Notes under the pieces: model-generated
Database searches by the model: none
What the model was told of the DNA's origin: nothing
The model's input: only the letters and a program-made list of their open reading frames with translations
Made by a program: the position numbers and the translations under genes
Virus record (IMG/VR): IMGVR_UViG_2636415703_000001
Span: 30,143 to 94,142 of that record
Reading direction: 5' to 3' (one strand)
Length of the DNA: 64,000 bases
Source: a virus
Lineage: Duplodnaviria > Caudoviricetes
Part shown: in pieces, positions 36,629 through 45,708 of the stretch
Numbering within the stretch: position 1 is the stretch's first letter
Layout: every line of letters begins with the position of its first letter

Positions 36629-39253
36629 GTCATTAACCGTTTTGCGTGTCTCACTTTTGCAGGACACATTTCGCCGTGTGGCCAGCGGGGCGATTCTGAA
36701 ACCATTGCTGATATACAGATGCAGAATGGCAGGTGCGCTGCTGTTAGTGATGACCACCTTCGCCCCACGGTCCTGCGCCGCTACCAGGCACTCCACCAGC
36801 CGCACCTGATCCGCAAACGTGAATGAGGTGCCGCTGTAGGCCGTAAAACCGGCTTCGTCAGGCAAAGGCTCATACGGCGGATCGCAAAACACTACGTCGC
36901 CTTCACCCGCCTGCGCTATCACATCCCCAAATCCGGCACACACGAACTCCATTTCTTTCTGCATGCCGGTGAAGTGCGCCAGCTCGTCCATCGGGAAATA
37001 GTTTGCTTCGCCCTTTTTATTCCAGCCCACATTAAACTGGCCTTTCTGGTTATATCGGCACAGTCCGTTATAGCTGGTGCGCATCAGCGCCAGGAAAAGC
37101 GCTGCATGCCGTACTGCGTGCGCCTCACGTCCGTTAAACTCATCCCGAATGGCAAGATACGCCTTATTGGACAGACAGCCTCGCTCCAGCTGGTAGGCCG
37201 TCTTAATCACGGCTTCAGGATTACCCTGCAGCTGATTGAAGAGGTTGATCAGGTCCGGGTTAACGTCGCCCAGCAGGTTACGCTTAAAGCCCGCGTTGAT
37301 GAACACCGTACCACTGCCGACGAACGGCTCAATCAGGCGCTTTCCTGCGGGCAGCATTGGCAACACTTCATCCAGAACGGAGTATTTGCCGCCCGCCCAT
37401 TTCAGGAATGAACGGGGGTACTTGTCGTCCGGAACCTTTCGCGTCGGCGCACGCTTTTTCTTTGCCGCTGGTGGTACGGGCAGGGCAGCTGGCTGCGGTT
37501 CAATGTCGCCAGTCACAAGCATGATCTGATTAGCAATACGGTTTCCGATCCAGCGCATAACCGGCACGGGCATAGAGTTACCGATCGCTTTGTAACGCGG
37601 ACCATCAGCCGCCAGCCGGTGGGCTTCTTCTTCCGGCATGTCGGGGTGAATCAGACGGAGGTATACCAGCTCATCAGCGGCAAGCATATTGCGCTTCTTT
37701 TCCGGGATCAGGGTCCAGCCATCCGGGAAGCCCTGCAGGCGCTCACACTCTTTAGGCGTCAGGCGCCGGACTTCGCACTGGCTGACGACAGAGGGGAAGC
37801 CCTGGCCGGGTTTACCGCCGCCAGCTGATAGCGCCCCGGTGATCTGGCCGTCGCCATTGAACAACCGGAGCTCGCCGCGAGTGTTTTCGGCAAAAGCAGC
37901 ATGCTCCACACATCGTGCAACACATGGCGCGGCGTCACCTTTCCCCGTTTCCCCGGATTCAGCGTTAAGCGCGTGGCAAAGGTCGTCCATGTCGCCGCGG
38001 CCGTTCCTCGCAATGCGAGTCTGGAAGCCATAAGCAACAGTTGGCAGAAGAGTACGTTCATCCACTACTGCCACACCCTGAGTTGCGGCTGTGTCTATCG
38101 TGTAACTTGTACCATCTGCATTCCAGCCTTTGCCGTTCTGAGCTTTATCCCGTGCATTTACATCCTGAAGTGAAAATATGGTCATATTTTCTGTTTGCTG
38201 GCTGCTTTTCTCGCTCTGCTTCGCTGCAATCTCTCTTTCAGGTTGATACGCCACTACAGGCGTACCGCGCCCGGTACCATCCTCTGAGGCGTCGTGACCT
38301 TCAGCGGTCAGCGTGTGGCTTACCTCACCCGTGGCGCTTTGCACAGCAAACGTCTCGACGTCAAAATCATTGCGCTGGCCTTTAGCCGTCAGGCACGCAG
38401 CCACGTTAAGCGATCCTGAGCAGTTACCTCCGCCAAATGCAGAAATTAAGTGACCGGCTGCGGCGTGGGAGAAGTCAGGGCCACCGACTCCAGAGCCGTT
38501 AGCAGTAAGGGGGGCAACTGCCTGCCCCGTTTCTCTGCGCGGCGGAGAATCCCGGCGCACGCCGTCGAACTCAAGAAGTATTTCTGCGGGATCAACGTCG
38601 TTTCGAGCACTTGAGACAACGAACACACGACGGCGGCGTTGGGCCACTCCGAAGTATTGGGCATCGAGCAGTCGCCAGGCGAGTTTGCGCTGTCGTCCAA
38701 TAACACAACCAGACTTTGGCCACTTCGCCACATGCTTGCCGTCGCTTTTTTTCCATCGCCAGCCGGGGCCGTTTTTGCCTTGTTCAGGTCGTGGGCCTGG
38801 TTCAAACGCTTCATCTTCGCCAGCCATTCCGGCAAGGAAGTATCCAAAGGCGTTGTCATCGGTACTGAGGCTTCCCGGCACGTTTTCCCACAGGTGTACG
38901 GCTGGTGGTTCGCCGTCTGAGACTCGTTTTTCGTCAATTGCATTCGCTAAATCTACATAGGCAAGGGTGAGTTGACCGCGGGGGTCATCAAGGCTTTTAC
39001 GGAGTCCGGCGATCGAGAACGCCTGACATGGGGTGCCGCCAACCATCACGGCTGGGGCAGGGATGGAGCCAGCGCGAACGCCAGCGGCAATTTTGGTCAT
39101 ATCGCCCAGGTTAGGGACGTCCGGATAGCGGTGCGCCAGCACGGCCGCGGGGAACTTTTCGATCTCCGCGAACCATGCCGCTTTCCATCCCAGTCCGTCC
39201 CACGCGACGCTTGCCGCTTCAATGCCTGAACAAACGGAGCCGTAAGTGATCAT
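36611..39253 (-). CDS. dmt: Bifunctional C5-cytosine / Dam-type N6-adenine DNA methyltransferase
   Basis: PCQ, ENV, QRRRR, RRLTP.ECERLQGFP and GNS motifs followed by KWAGGK, EPFxGSG and DPPY. Confidence 0.9.
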   Translation of the reverse strand: MITYGSVCSGIEAASVAWDGLGWKAAWFAEIEKFPAAVLAHRYPDVPNLGDMTKIAAGVRAGSIPAPAVMVGGTPCQAFSIAGLRKSLDDPRGQLTLAYVDLANAIDEKRVSDGEPPAVHLWENVPGSLSTDDNAFGYFLAGMAGEDEAFEPGPRPEQGKNGPGWRWKKSDGKHVAKWPKSGCVIGRQRKLAWRLLDAQYFGVAQRRRRVFVVSSARNDVDPAEILLEFDGVRRDSPPRRETGQAVAPLTANGSGVGGPDFSHAAAGHLISAFGGGNCSGSLNVAACLTAKGQRNDFDVETFAVQSATGEVSHTLTAEGHDASEDGTGRGTPVVAYQPEREIAAKQSEKSSQQTENMTIFSLQDVNARDKAQNGKGWNADGTSYTIDTAATQGVAVVDERTLLPTVAYGFQTRIARNGRGDMDDLCHALNAESGETGKGDAAPCVARCVEHAAFAENTRGELRLFNGDGQITGALSAGGGKPGQGFPSVVSQCEVRRLTPKECERLQGFPDGWTLIPEKKRNMLAADELVYLRLIHPDMPEEEAHRLAADGPRYKAIGNSMPVPVMRWIGNRIANQIMLVTGDIEPQPAALPVPPAAKKKRAPTRKVPDDKYPRSFLKWAGGKYSVLDEVLPMLPAGKRLIEPFVGSGTVFINAGFKRNLLGDVNPDLINLFNQLQGNPEAVIKTAYQLERGCLSNKAYLAIRDEFNGREAHAVRHAALFLALMRTSYNGLCRYNQKGQFNVGWNKKGEANYFPMDELAHFTGMQKEMEFVCAGFGDVIAQAGEGDVVFCDPPYEPLPDEAGFTAYSGTSFTFADQVRLVECLVAAQDRGAKVVITNSSAPAILHLYISNGFRIAPLATRRNVSCKSETRKTVNDIIAAL
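38446..38943 (-). CDS. Nested +1-frame ORF within dmt (M.EcoHK31I beta-like)
   Basis: 165-aa open frame ending CSLSQVLE..PQKYFLS..ACAGILRRAEKRGRQLP. Confidence 0.5.
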   Translation of the reverse strand: MQLTKNESQTANHQPYTCGKTCREASVPMTTPLDTSLPEWLAKMKRLNQAHDLNKAKTAPAGDGKKATASMWRSGQSLVVLLDDSANSPGDCSMPNTSEWPNAAVVCSLSQVLETTLIPQKYFLSSTACAGILRRAEKRGRQLPPLLLTALESVALTSPTPQPVT

Positions 39254-40158
39254 CGCTTCGCCTCGCCGCCCAGCGCATCCACCAGCCCGGAGAAGAAGCC
39301 GGAAAACTCGGACGTGAAAAGCATGAAGTCGGCCAGCATGCGTGCGCGCTGATCCTCACGGTCGATATCATCATTTTGCTCGGTGAGCATGTCGGCGTAT
39401 TTAATGCCCTTTATGCTCAGGTCATCGGATACGCGGCAGAAAATGCGCTCCTGCCAGTCCAGGCTAAGCTGCGTGACCAGTTTCCCGGCCTCAATGTGCG
39501 TACGCACCTCATCACTCAGCAAGTCCTGTTTTTTACAGCGGATTTTGCCGCCGTCTTCCAGAATTGCCGCCAGCTCGGCCTCGTCTCCCAGCGCAAAACC
39601 GGCGGGCAGTTCTGCGGCGCGGAGCCATTCTGTCAGCGTCAGCTCAATGGGATCAGCGGTCATCATTGGAATAACCGGCAGGGAGCCGATAGTTTTACGC
39701 AGCAGCGCCAGCATATCCTCAGCGGCTTTCGCGCTGGCGGCGTCAACGTAGATACGGCTGTTAACGCTATCGATCCAGATATAGGACTCAGAGCGACGCG
39801 TGAAAGCACGCGGCAGAAGCACACACAGCGCCTCGTCTCTCAGACTGACTCTTTCGCTGCGGCGTACCTTGCGCGCCTGTTCACGCTCGATTATCTCCAC
39901 TTTCTCGGCAACGTAATCGTTGAGCGTTGCGGCTGGCATAATTTTGGTTTCATGCTGACAGCACAGCAGGTACTGGCCGTTCTCGGCCAGCAGCAGGCCG
40001 TCTGACGTGACATTGATCCAGCCTGATTTTGCCTTGTCCTGCGCTGCGCAGGGGGAAAACGTCATCGCCTGCAGCTGCTGCTCCAGCTGCTCCGCATCAA
40101 GCGGAATATCCCGGTTCAGGCTGTAGGCCATGACGTTTTTAAAGAAGGGTGATTTCAT
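39250..40158 (-). CDS. rdgC: Recombination-associated protein RdgC (P1 HrdC-like)
   Basis: FFKN, LLPRAF, LLRKTIGSLPV and GKLVTQLSLDWQ motifs. Confidence 0.92.
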   Translation of the reverse strand: MKSPFFKNVMAYSLNRDIPLDAEQLEQQLQAMTFSPCAAQDKAKSGWINVTSDGLLLAENGQYLLCCQHETKIMPAATLNDYVAEKVEIIEREQARKVRRSERVSLRDEALCVLLPRAFTRRSESYIWIDSVNSRIYVDAASAKAAEDMLALLRKTIGSLPVIPMMTADPIELTLTEWLRAAELPAGFALGDEAELAAILEDGGKIRCKKQDLLSDEVRTHIEAGKLVTQLSLDWQERIFCRVSDDLSIKGIKYADMLTEQNDDIDREDQRARMLADFMLFTSEFSGFFSGLVDALGGEAKR

Positions 40159-40191
40159 TCAGGAATGTCTCAACTTATAGCGTTAATACAT

Positions 40192-40209
40192 TCTAAATAA
40201 TATTTTAGA
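40192..40209. promoter_or_regulatory. Candidate repressor operator upstream of rdgC-dmt
   Basis: TCTAAA-N6-TTTAGA, also found at 47185 and near-perfect at 33221. Confidence 0.45.
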
Positions 40210-40222
40210 TTTAAGATAACCC

Positions 40223-40831
40223 TTACTGCTTGAACTCGAATTGCGGTGCGGTTGCGCTGAATGGCCCGCCAGACTGGAACACAATTTTCCCGCCAGCTTT
40301 GATAGTCAGGTCGCCGCCGACATCAATTACCAGGTTCCCCGGCCCCAGCAGATAAATATCTCCGCCTTCGTTCATCCCGACACGCGAACCGCTGGCCGTA
40401 TTGGCAATCTCGTACCCGCCACCAGCAGATCGGATTTCCAGCAGGTTATTGCGGTGCGACACAAAATCCGTTGTTGGATTCAGGGAAGGGCGCGCCGGCG
40501 CACCGCCCACTGCTGGAGGCTCATACCCGCTACCTTGGCCGGATGCTTCAGGCGCGACGCTTGGCACGCCGCCCGGTGCCGACTGCGCAGCGCCGGTGAT
40601 CAGCGGACGTCGAGTGTCCGGCTTCCCGCGGCCGTCTTTGTAAGGAAACTCCACCCATACCTGATCGCCTACAATGCAGGGTACAAACGTGTTGCCGATC
40701 GGCAGCTGATATTCCGCCCACGGCAGGGTATCAGCGTCCACGTCCGCCCACTGCGGAGTAAGGCGGATCTGCGCCCGCATGTGTCCCAGCGGGTCTTTTG
40801 TCGCCGTGATAATGGCGCGCTGCTTACTCAC
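40223..40831 (-). CDS. Baseplate spike (P1 gp5 / gpV-like)
   Basis: OB-fold DP..RAQIR..LPWA..GDQVWVEF and C-terminal beta repeats. Confidence 0.8.
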   Translation of the reverse strand: MSKQRAIITATKDPLGHMRAQIRLTPQWADVDADTLPWAEYQLPIGNTFVPCIVGDQVWVEFPYKDGRGKPDTRRPLITGAAQSAPGGVPSVAPEASGQGSGYEPPAVGGAPARPSLNPTTDFVSHRNNLLEIRSAGGGYEIANTASGSRVGMNEGGDIYLLGPGNLVIDVGGDLTIKAGGKIVFQSGGPFSATAPQFEFKQ

Positions 40832-41817
40832 TTGTTGGGTACTCCTAAAATCATGCGCGTGGTGTAGCCAATGCGATCCTCATGGTGAATGACCGCAACG
40901 GCGATAAAGTTTTTCGGTAACGTCTCGTCTACCTGGTTTTCCGCGTCATAGCGATGGATCTGCACGCCTATAACCATGCCTGCGGTAATGTCCGCGTTGC
41001 CGCTGACCTCAATGTCGAGTTTGGGAACGATCACCCGTGCCATGTTGGTGAGCGTGGCAACGTCGGCGTCGGAAATGTATTTGACCGGCTTCGATTTATC
41101 GCCCACGGCCACGTAGCCCTCTGTCATGGAGTAGCCGACATACTGGTAGTCCCGGCTGCTGGTGGCGGCGGCATCCTGGTTGATGTTGCTCAGCTTGCTG
41201 ATCGTGTATTCGGCCTGCGGATTGTTGGCCTCATAGACAAATGCCGCCTTTGTGCCGGTCAGCTTTGCCATGTCCTTCATGCAGAACCTGCCACGGGCGC
41301 ACCACACCAGCGCGCCATGATCGTCAGCAATCTGGCGCAGCACGCCGGACGGCTTTTCGCCCATATTCAGGTGATAGGTCATCGCTTTGCGGAAGGCATC
41401 AGCCTCAATCGTCATTTTGCCCGCGAACTCCGCCATGACGTCGCCCGGCTGGCGGTCGGCATACAGCCGCACGCGGGCTGAAGGGGTTTTGAGACGCTTC
41501 AGATCCGCTGACACGGCGATGATCCGCACCACGTCACCGCTGGCGGGCGCGGACGTCACGAAAAATGTTTCCGTGTAAGCCCCGCGCTGCCCGGTCGGGT
41601 CGCCCAACTCTGCCACCAGCTCAGCGCCATACCGGGCACCCATTTCATCCACCAGCTTTCCGGCTGGGTCGTGCGTCTCCAGTACCAGCAGCGGCGCAGT
41701 CAGCGACGTCTTCTCGATGTAAATCGCGGACGTCACCCAGCTGCGCGGCATTTCCGCGCCGTTAAGCAGTACCGACTGCAGGAAGTACTGCATGGGCTTA
41801 TTCTGCTGCTCAGCCAT
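40828..41817 (-). CDS. Baseplate hub protein (P1 gp6-like)
   Basis: 329 aa; synteny; hub-like C-terminus GNADITAG...YTTR. Confidence 0.7.
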   Translation of the reverse strand: MAEQQNKPMQYFLQSVLLNGAEMPRSWVTSAIYIEKTSLTAPLLVLETHDPAGKLVDEMGARYGAELVAELGDPTGQRGAYTETFFVTSAPASGDVVRIIAVSADLKRLKTPSARVRLYADRQPGDVMAEFAGKMTIEADAFRKAMTYHLNMGEKPSGVLRQIADDHGALVWCARGRFCMKDMAKLTGTKAAFVYEANNPQAEYTISKLSNINQDAAATSSRDYQYVGYSMTEGYVAVGDKSKPVKYISDADVATLTNMARVIVPKLDIEVSGNADITAGMVIGVQIHRYDAENQVDETLPKNFIAVAVIHHEDRIGYTTRMILGVPNK

Positions 41818-42587
41818 CAGCTGCCCCCTGGTGCCAGTTGGGTGTCATACCGGACGTTCCGGGCATCAACTTCATGTGCGGTCAGTACATCCACTATGAC
41901 GATCAGCGACGCCTGGCATGCGTAAATCCGATCCTGCGTGAACGGCGGCGACATATCGCTGAACATGATGGTCTTAGCATCCTGAATGCTGCAGTTGAGC
42001 TCTACAGGCCAGTGGACCAGTTTTTCCTGCGCCGTGAAGTTAGTGGTGAGCCGGGAGCGGAAGTTAGCGGCCAGCGTGTTGCACATCAGCGACAGCGTAT
42101 CTTTGTCACTGGCAATCAGGGTGATGGAATAATTGAGCGAGGCCTGGGTAGCCTCGACGTCGGCCAGCGGCATATTGCCCTGTGACGGGTCGGTAAACTG
42201 GCCCAGGTTGCGGTCGATCTCCTGATCGTTGTTGTCATAGGTGATATCAAACCCGCGTGACAAGTTAATCAGCGGCAGGGCGTCGCGGTTCAGGTCTGGC
42301 ATGTCCGACGCCTTTACGCTGCGGCGACCGGCGCCCGCCTGGCGGACGGCGCGCAAAAAGTCCATGACGTCATTAAACTTGCCGACGAATACACGATCTT
42401 CAGGCTTCCGCGCCAGGAATGAGGCAAATCGCTGCTCATGCTGGCGCGGTCCAGTCATTACGGCGCTGCTGAATACGTCATTCAGCGCCTTCGCTACGGC
42501 GGCATCAGCAGCGGTGAAGCCGGTACTCTCCACTTTGCCGGTGCGGGTAGTCACCCATTCACGGGTGCGGGAAAGCAGCTGATTCAT
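41817..42587 (-). CDS. P1 gp24-like tail completion protein
   Basis: Synteny 5-6-24-7-25-26; LPLINLSR motif. Confidence 0.6.
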   Translation of the reverse strand: MNQLLSRTREWVTTRTGKVESTGFTAADAAVAKALNDVFSSAVMTGPRQHEQRFASFLARKPEDRVFVGKFNDVMDFLRAVRQAGAGRRSVKASDMPDLNRDALPLINLSRGFDITYDNNDQEIDRNLGQFTDPSQGNMPLADVEATQASLNYSITLIASDKDTLSLMCNTLAANFRSRLTTNFTAQEKLVHWPVELNCSIQDAKTIMFSDMSPPFTQDRIYACQASLIVIVDVLTAHEVDARNVRYDTQLAPGGS

Positions 42588-43354
42588 TCGATCCGTCCGT
42601 TACTGGTGGTGTCAAAATTGCGGGCAGGGATACAGTAGTAAAGCGATCCGACAGTCTGTGTGCCGAAGCCGTAAATCCGGTGAACGTACCACCAGCGCCG
42701 CGCTAGGGTGCCGCTGGCCATCTCTTCGTTCCACTCCAGAATTGAGCCAACCGGAACACCCTCGGCGGCGATACGCAGGATCAGCACGTCGTCAGTTAAT
42801 CCGTCCTGTTCGCCGTCGGCATCGAGCACCTGAAAACTCTCGCGCTCGTCCGGGCAATCTAGCACCGTGACAATAACCGGATCGGCATCTTCATAGCTCA
42901 GCTGACGCTGGTTGTTGTTCAGCTCGGTAAACGAAGGCTGTTCAAAGCCGGTTTCATCGTCCACCTCGCCCACGTCGCGCATGTCCGGCAGGTACAGCAG
43001 CGCCTGATACGCGCTGTAGTCGCTCTCAATAGCTTTAATCCAGTCGCGGCGGACCATGTTGTTAAACGGGGCGTGGCCTTTGTAGCGTGGCTTCAGCGCC
43101 GTGCTCTGTTCGCGTGCGGCAAGCGTGTCCGGCAGCGGGGCACTTAGCGGGTCATGATCCTCAGTACTGCCGCTGTCAGCGTCATCAGCACTGCCAGCGG
43201 TATCGCCATTGGGTGACGGGGCGGCATCCAGATCGATAATGGCGCTGCTGCTACCTTGCGTATCGACGGCGGCAGAAGGTTGCTCTGTTTCACTGCTGGT
43301 GGCCTCGTTTATTGTCGGTGGATTGTCGGCCAGAAATTCGTCGTACCGTCCCAT
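42584..43354 (-). CDS. P1 gp7-like neck/tail stability protein
   Basis: Synteny; GSILEW..RWWYV motif. Confidence 0.6.
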   Translation of the reverse strand: MGRYDEFLADNPPTINEATSSETEQPSAAVDTQGSSSAIIDLDAAPSPNGDTAGSADDADSGSTEDHDPLSAPLPDTLAAREQSTALKPRYKGHAPFNNMVRRDWIKAIESDYSAYQALLYLPDMRDVGEVDDETGFEQPSFTELNNNQRQLSYEDADPVIVTVLDCPDERESFQVLDADGEQDGLTDDVLILRIAAEGVPVGSILEWNEEMASGTLARRWWYVHRIYGFGTQTVGSLYYCIPARNFDTTSNGRIE

Positions 43355-44571
43355 TACTGATTACCTGCTTTTGTCTGGTTCTTTGCGTAGTCGATGAACA
43401 TCTTCTCGGCCTGTTCGCGGGGTGTGCCGCTCAGCACCAGGGCATCAATGAACGTCTGGCGCTGGATCTTCGCTTGGTCAGCCAGCTGCTGACGCAGAAG
43501 GGCGTTTTTGGCCTTTTCATCCGCCAGCTCCGCCTGCTTCTTCGCGGCGCGGGTGCGCTGCGCTGCCGTCAGTTTTTTGGCGCGGGTCAGCTGGCCGCGC
43601 AGTTTGTCGATCCGCCCGTCGTCGTTGCTCAGGCGCTTCGCTAGCGCGCCCATGCGCTTCTGGTATTTCTCATGCTCCCGCTTAACCGCGGCGACATTCG
43701 TCTGTGAACTGCGGTTGCGGTTGAACTTCGCTTTGTCGGCATCGGTGAAATGCTCAGTGGTTTTGCGCGGATCGTCGCCATAGGCGTTATTACCGGCACT
43801 TTTGTGCAGCGCCTGCCCGATGCGCACCTGCCAGGAGGCGGATTGCAGGCGGGTGAAGGCGTGAATGACGTGCTTACAGGCGACGCCTTTCAGGCTCGGG
43901 TTTTTCTCTTTGGGGTAGGCGTACTCTTTTGGCGGGGCAAGGGCAAAGTTGCCTGCCGTGGCGATGTAGCGATACCAGTACTGGTGACGGCCACAATCGC
44001 AATCAAAAGAGACGCGGCCAGCGCAGAGTCGTTTGGCAATTTTGGCCGCGCTGTCTTTGTCATCGGTCACTTCCTCCATCAGCTGATCCCACTCTTCAAA
44101 GCGGAATTTCACGCGATGATGCTTGTCGAGTGAGACGGCGGACGCCTCCACGCTGACGGTCAGAACGTTGTGCTTAAGCGTGGTGGGCGTGGCGCGCTTA
44201 ATGCCTGAACCGTCGTCCACCCGGTTGTTGGCGCGCTTGATGTCTATCTGCTGACTACCGGCCACCAGCTGTGCATACGTGATCCCGGCCAGTGAGGAAT
44301 TGAACTGCTGGCGGGCGCCGGCGCGATTCGCTTCGAACCCTTTCAGGTCCTCTTTCGTGAAGAACATGCCGGACTTCTTTTTGCCTAGGGCAATAATGTC
44401 GTCCAGCGCCTTATTCTTCAGGGTTAGCGGGTTGAGCGTACGCCGCGCTGTACGCCGGGATTTGCGACGGTCTTTATCAATCTGGTCAAAGACGCGGGAG
44501 AACTCTTTGGAGGAAAGCCCTGCCGTGTCGTAGCGCCCGGATTTCGTGCGGGCAAACGGAGTATCAGCCAC
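43354..44571 (-). CDS. P1 gp25-like protein with SWIM-type Zn finger
   Basis: CDCGRHQYW...CKH; synteny. Confidence 0.65.
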   Translation of the reverse strand: MADTPFARTKSGRYDTAGLSSKEFSRVFDQIDKDRRKSRRTARRTLNPLTLKNKALDDIIALGKKKSGMFFTKEDLKGFEANRAGARQQFNSSLAGITYAQLVAGSQQIDIKRANNRVDDGSGIKRATPTTLKHNVLTVSVEASAVSLDKHHRVKFRFEEWDQLMEEVTDDKDSAAKIAKRLCAGRVSFDCDCGRHQYWYRYIATAGNFALAPPKEYAYPKEKNPSLKGVACKHVIHAFTRLQSASWQVRIGQALHKSAGNNAYGDDPRKTTEHFTDADKAKFNRNRSSQTNVAAVKREHEKYQKRMGALAKRLSNDDGRIDKLRGQLTRAKKLTAAQRTRAAKKQAELADEKAKNALLRQQLADQAKIQRQTFIDALVLSGTPREQAEKMFIDYAKNQTKAGNQ

Positions 44572-44896
44572 TGATTAACTCCGGCTTGCCGCCTGCAAAG
44601 TCACGTATGCGCCCGCGCAGCCACGCCATGTCCGGCAGGGAAAGCGTCTGGCCTGCGGGCAGCGGTTCCATTTCCGACTCGATGCCGCACAGCAGCCGGA
44701 ACACCCAGCGCAAATCGTCATTTCCCTCATAGGCGCGGTATGCCGCCAGGTCAGCCCGGTATATCTCATCGAGACGAATGGTGTAGTCGCGGTTATCTTC
44801 GTGGAAGGAGGCGGATCGCTTAATCACTTCCTGGTGAAAGAGACTGCGCAGCACCACGTCACTGATAGAACGATCGTCGAGGCGGTTGTAACTCAC
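44564..44896 (-). CDS. Baseplate protein gp26-like (LysM/gp53-like)
   Basis: YRADLAAYRAY..LRWV..LPAG..L.LP. Confidence 0.7.
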   Translation of the reverse strand: MSYNRLDDRSISDVVLRSLFHQEVIKRSASFHEDNRDYTIRLDEIYRADLAAYRAYEGNDDLRWVFRLLCGIESEMEPLPAGQTLSLPDMAWLRGRIRDFAGGKPELISG

Positions 44897-45546
44897 AGGA
44901 TGCGCTCCTCGTCACTGATTCGCTTCCCGGCCAGCGTCTCCGGCACCGCTTCGGCGGCTTTGATTTTCTCATAGCCGATGATGCGCTTAAGCGAGTCCAT
45001 AAGGGACGGTTCCGGCGCTGCGGTCGCAGCGGTCATGGCGTTTATGTAGTCCGCCGAAGCCACGTTGTTGTAGCCCACGGCGAAGCAACACAGGATGGTC
45101 AGCACCTGCTCCGGGCGAATCTCGCGCCAGTTGATCCGGTAGATCTCTTCACCGCTGGCGTTGTACTCCACCTCAACGATGGAGTCGGGGATCTCAAATG
45201 CGCCTTTATTCTCTGCGGGCAGCGCAATGTTGTCCTGCAGCAGGAGCTCGTTGTAACGCTCAATGCCGATTAGCACCGCTGCGCGCCCGTCGCTTCCCCG
45301 CGTTTTGAGTGATACGTGATTACCGCCTACTTCGTTTGCCACTTTGCCAGTGGCTTCATCCACCAGCACCTTAAAGCCCTGCTTACGCAGCGCTTCAACG
45401 TAGGGGGTGAGTTTGATCAGCTGCTTTCGCATGCCCTTTAGCAGCGTCTGCGGCTTTGACATAACGAGTGTGTGCTCTTCGTAAATGGCGGTGATCGCCA
45501 TTGGCTGACTGGTGGAAAGGCTGATTACTGCGATTTTCTGTTTCAC
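44893..45546 (-). CDS. Late protein, possibly Mat-like maturation factor
   Basis: 217 aa, first gene after a late promoter, close to ref as mat is in P1; function from synteny only. Confidence 0.5.
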   Translation of the reverse strand: MKQKIAVISLSTSQPMAITAIYEEHTLVMSKPQTLLKGMRKQLIKLTPYVEALRKQGFKVLVDEATGKVANEVGGNHVSLKTRGSDGRAAVLIGIERYNELLLQDNIALPAENKGAFEIPDSIVEVEYNASGEEIYRINWREIRPEQVLTILCCFAVGYNNVASADYINAMTAATAAPEPSLMDSLKRIIGYEKIKAAEAVPETLAGKRISDEERIL

Positions 45547-45675
45547 GTCTGTACCCCTGAAAAGGCGAAAGGCCGCATATAGCGGCCTCTCTGGCTTTTA
45601 ACGTTCCCAACCGCGCGTTGCAGATTAGGTAAGTTGTCAAAAATTCCATCAGGGAACCGCTAACAGCTTGGGGCG

Positions 45676-45696
45676 ACTTTAAGCGGTTTGTACTTT
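45676..45696 (-). promoter_or_regulatory. Late promoter (26-25-7-24-6-5 operon)
   Basis: AAAGTACA-N7-TAAAGT. Confidence 0.7.
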
Positions 45697-45708
45697 GCGA
45701 AGTTAGTG

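Noticed and set aside
35047-40222. tRNA genes near dmt, as in P1
   Set aside because: No cloverleaf or T-loop signature was seen by eye in the intergenic gaps; tRNAscan-SE would settle it.
6403-44533. Many + strand ORFs of 60-240 aa opposite the virion genes
   Set aside because: Antisense shadows of GC-rich coding sequence with no motifs or SD sites.
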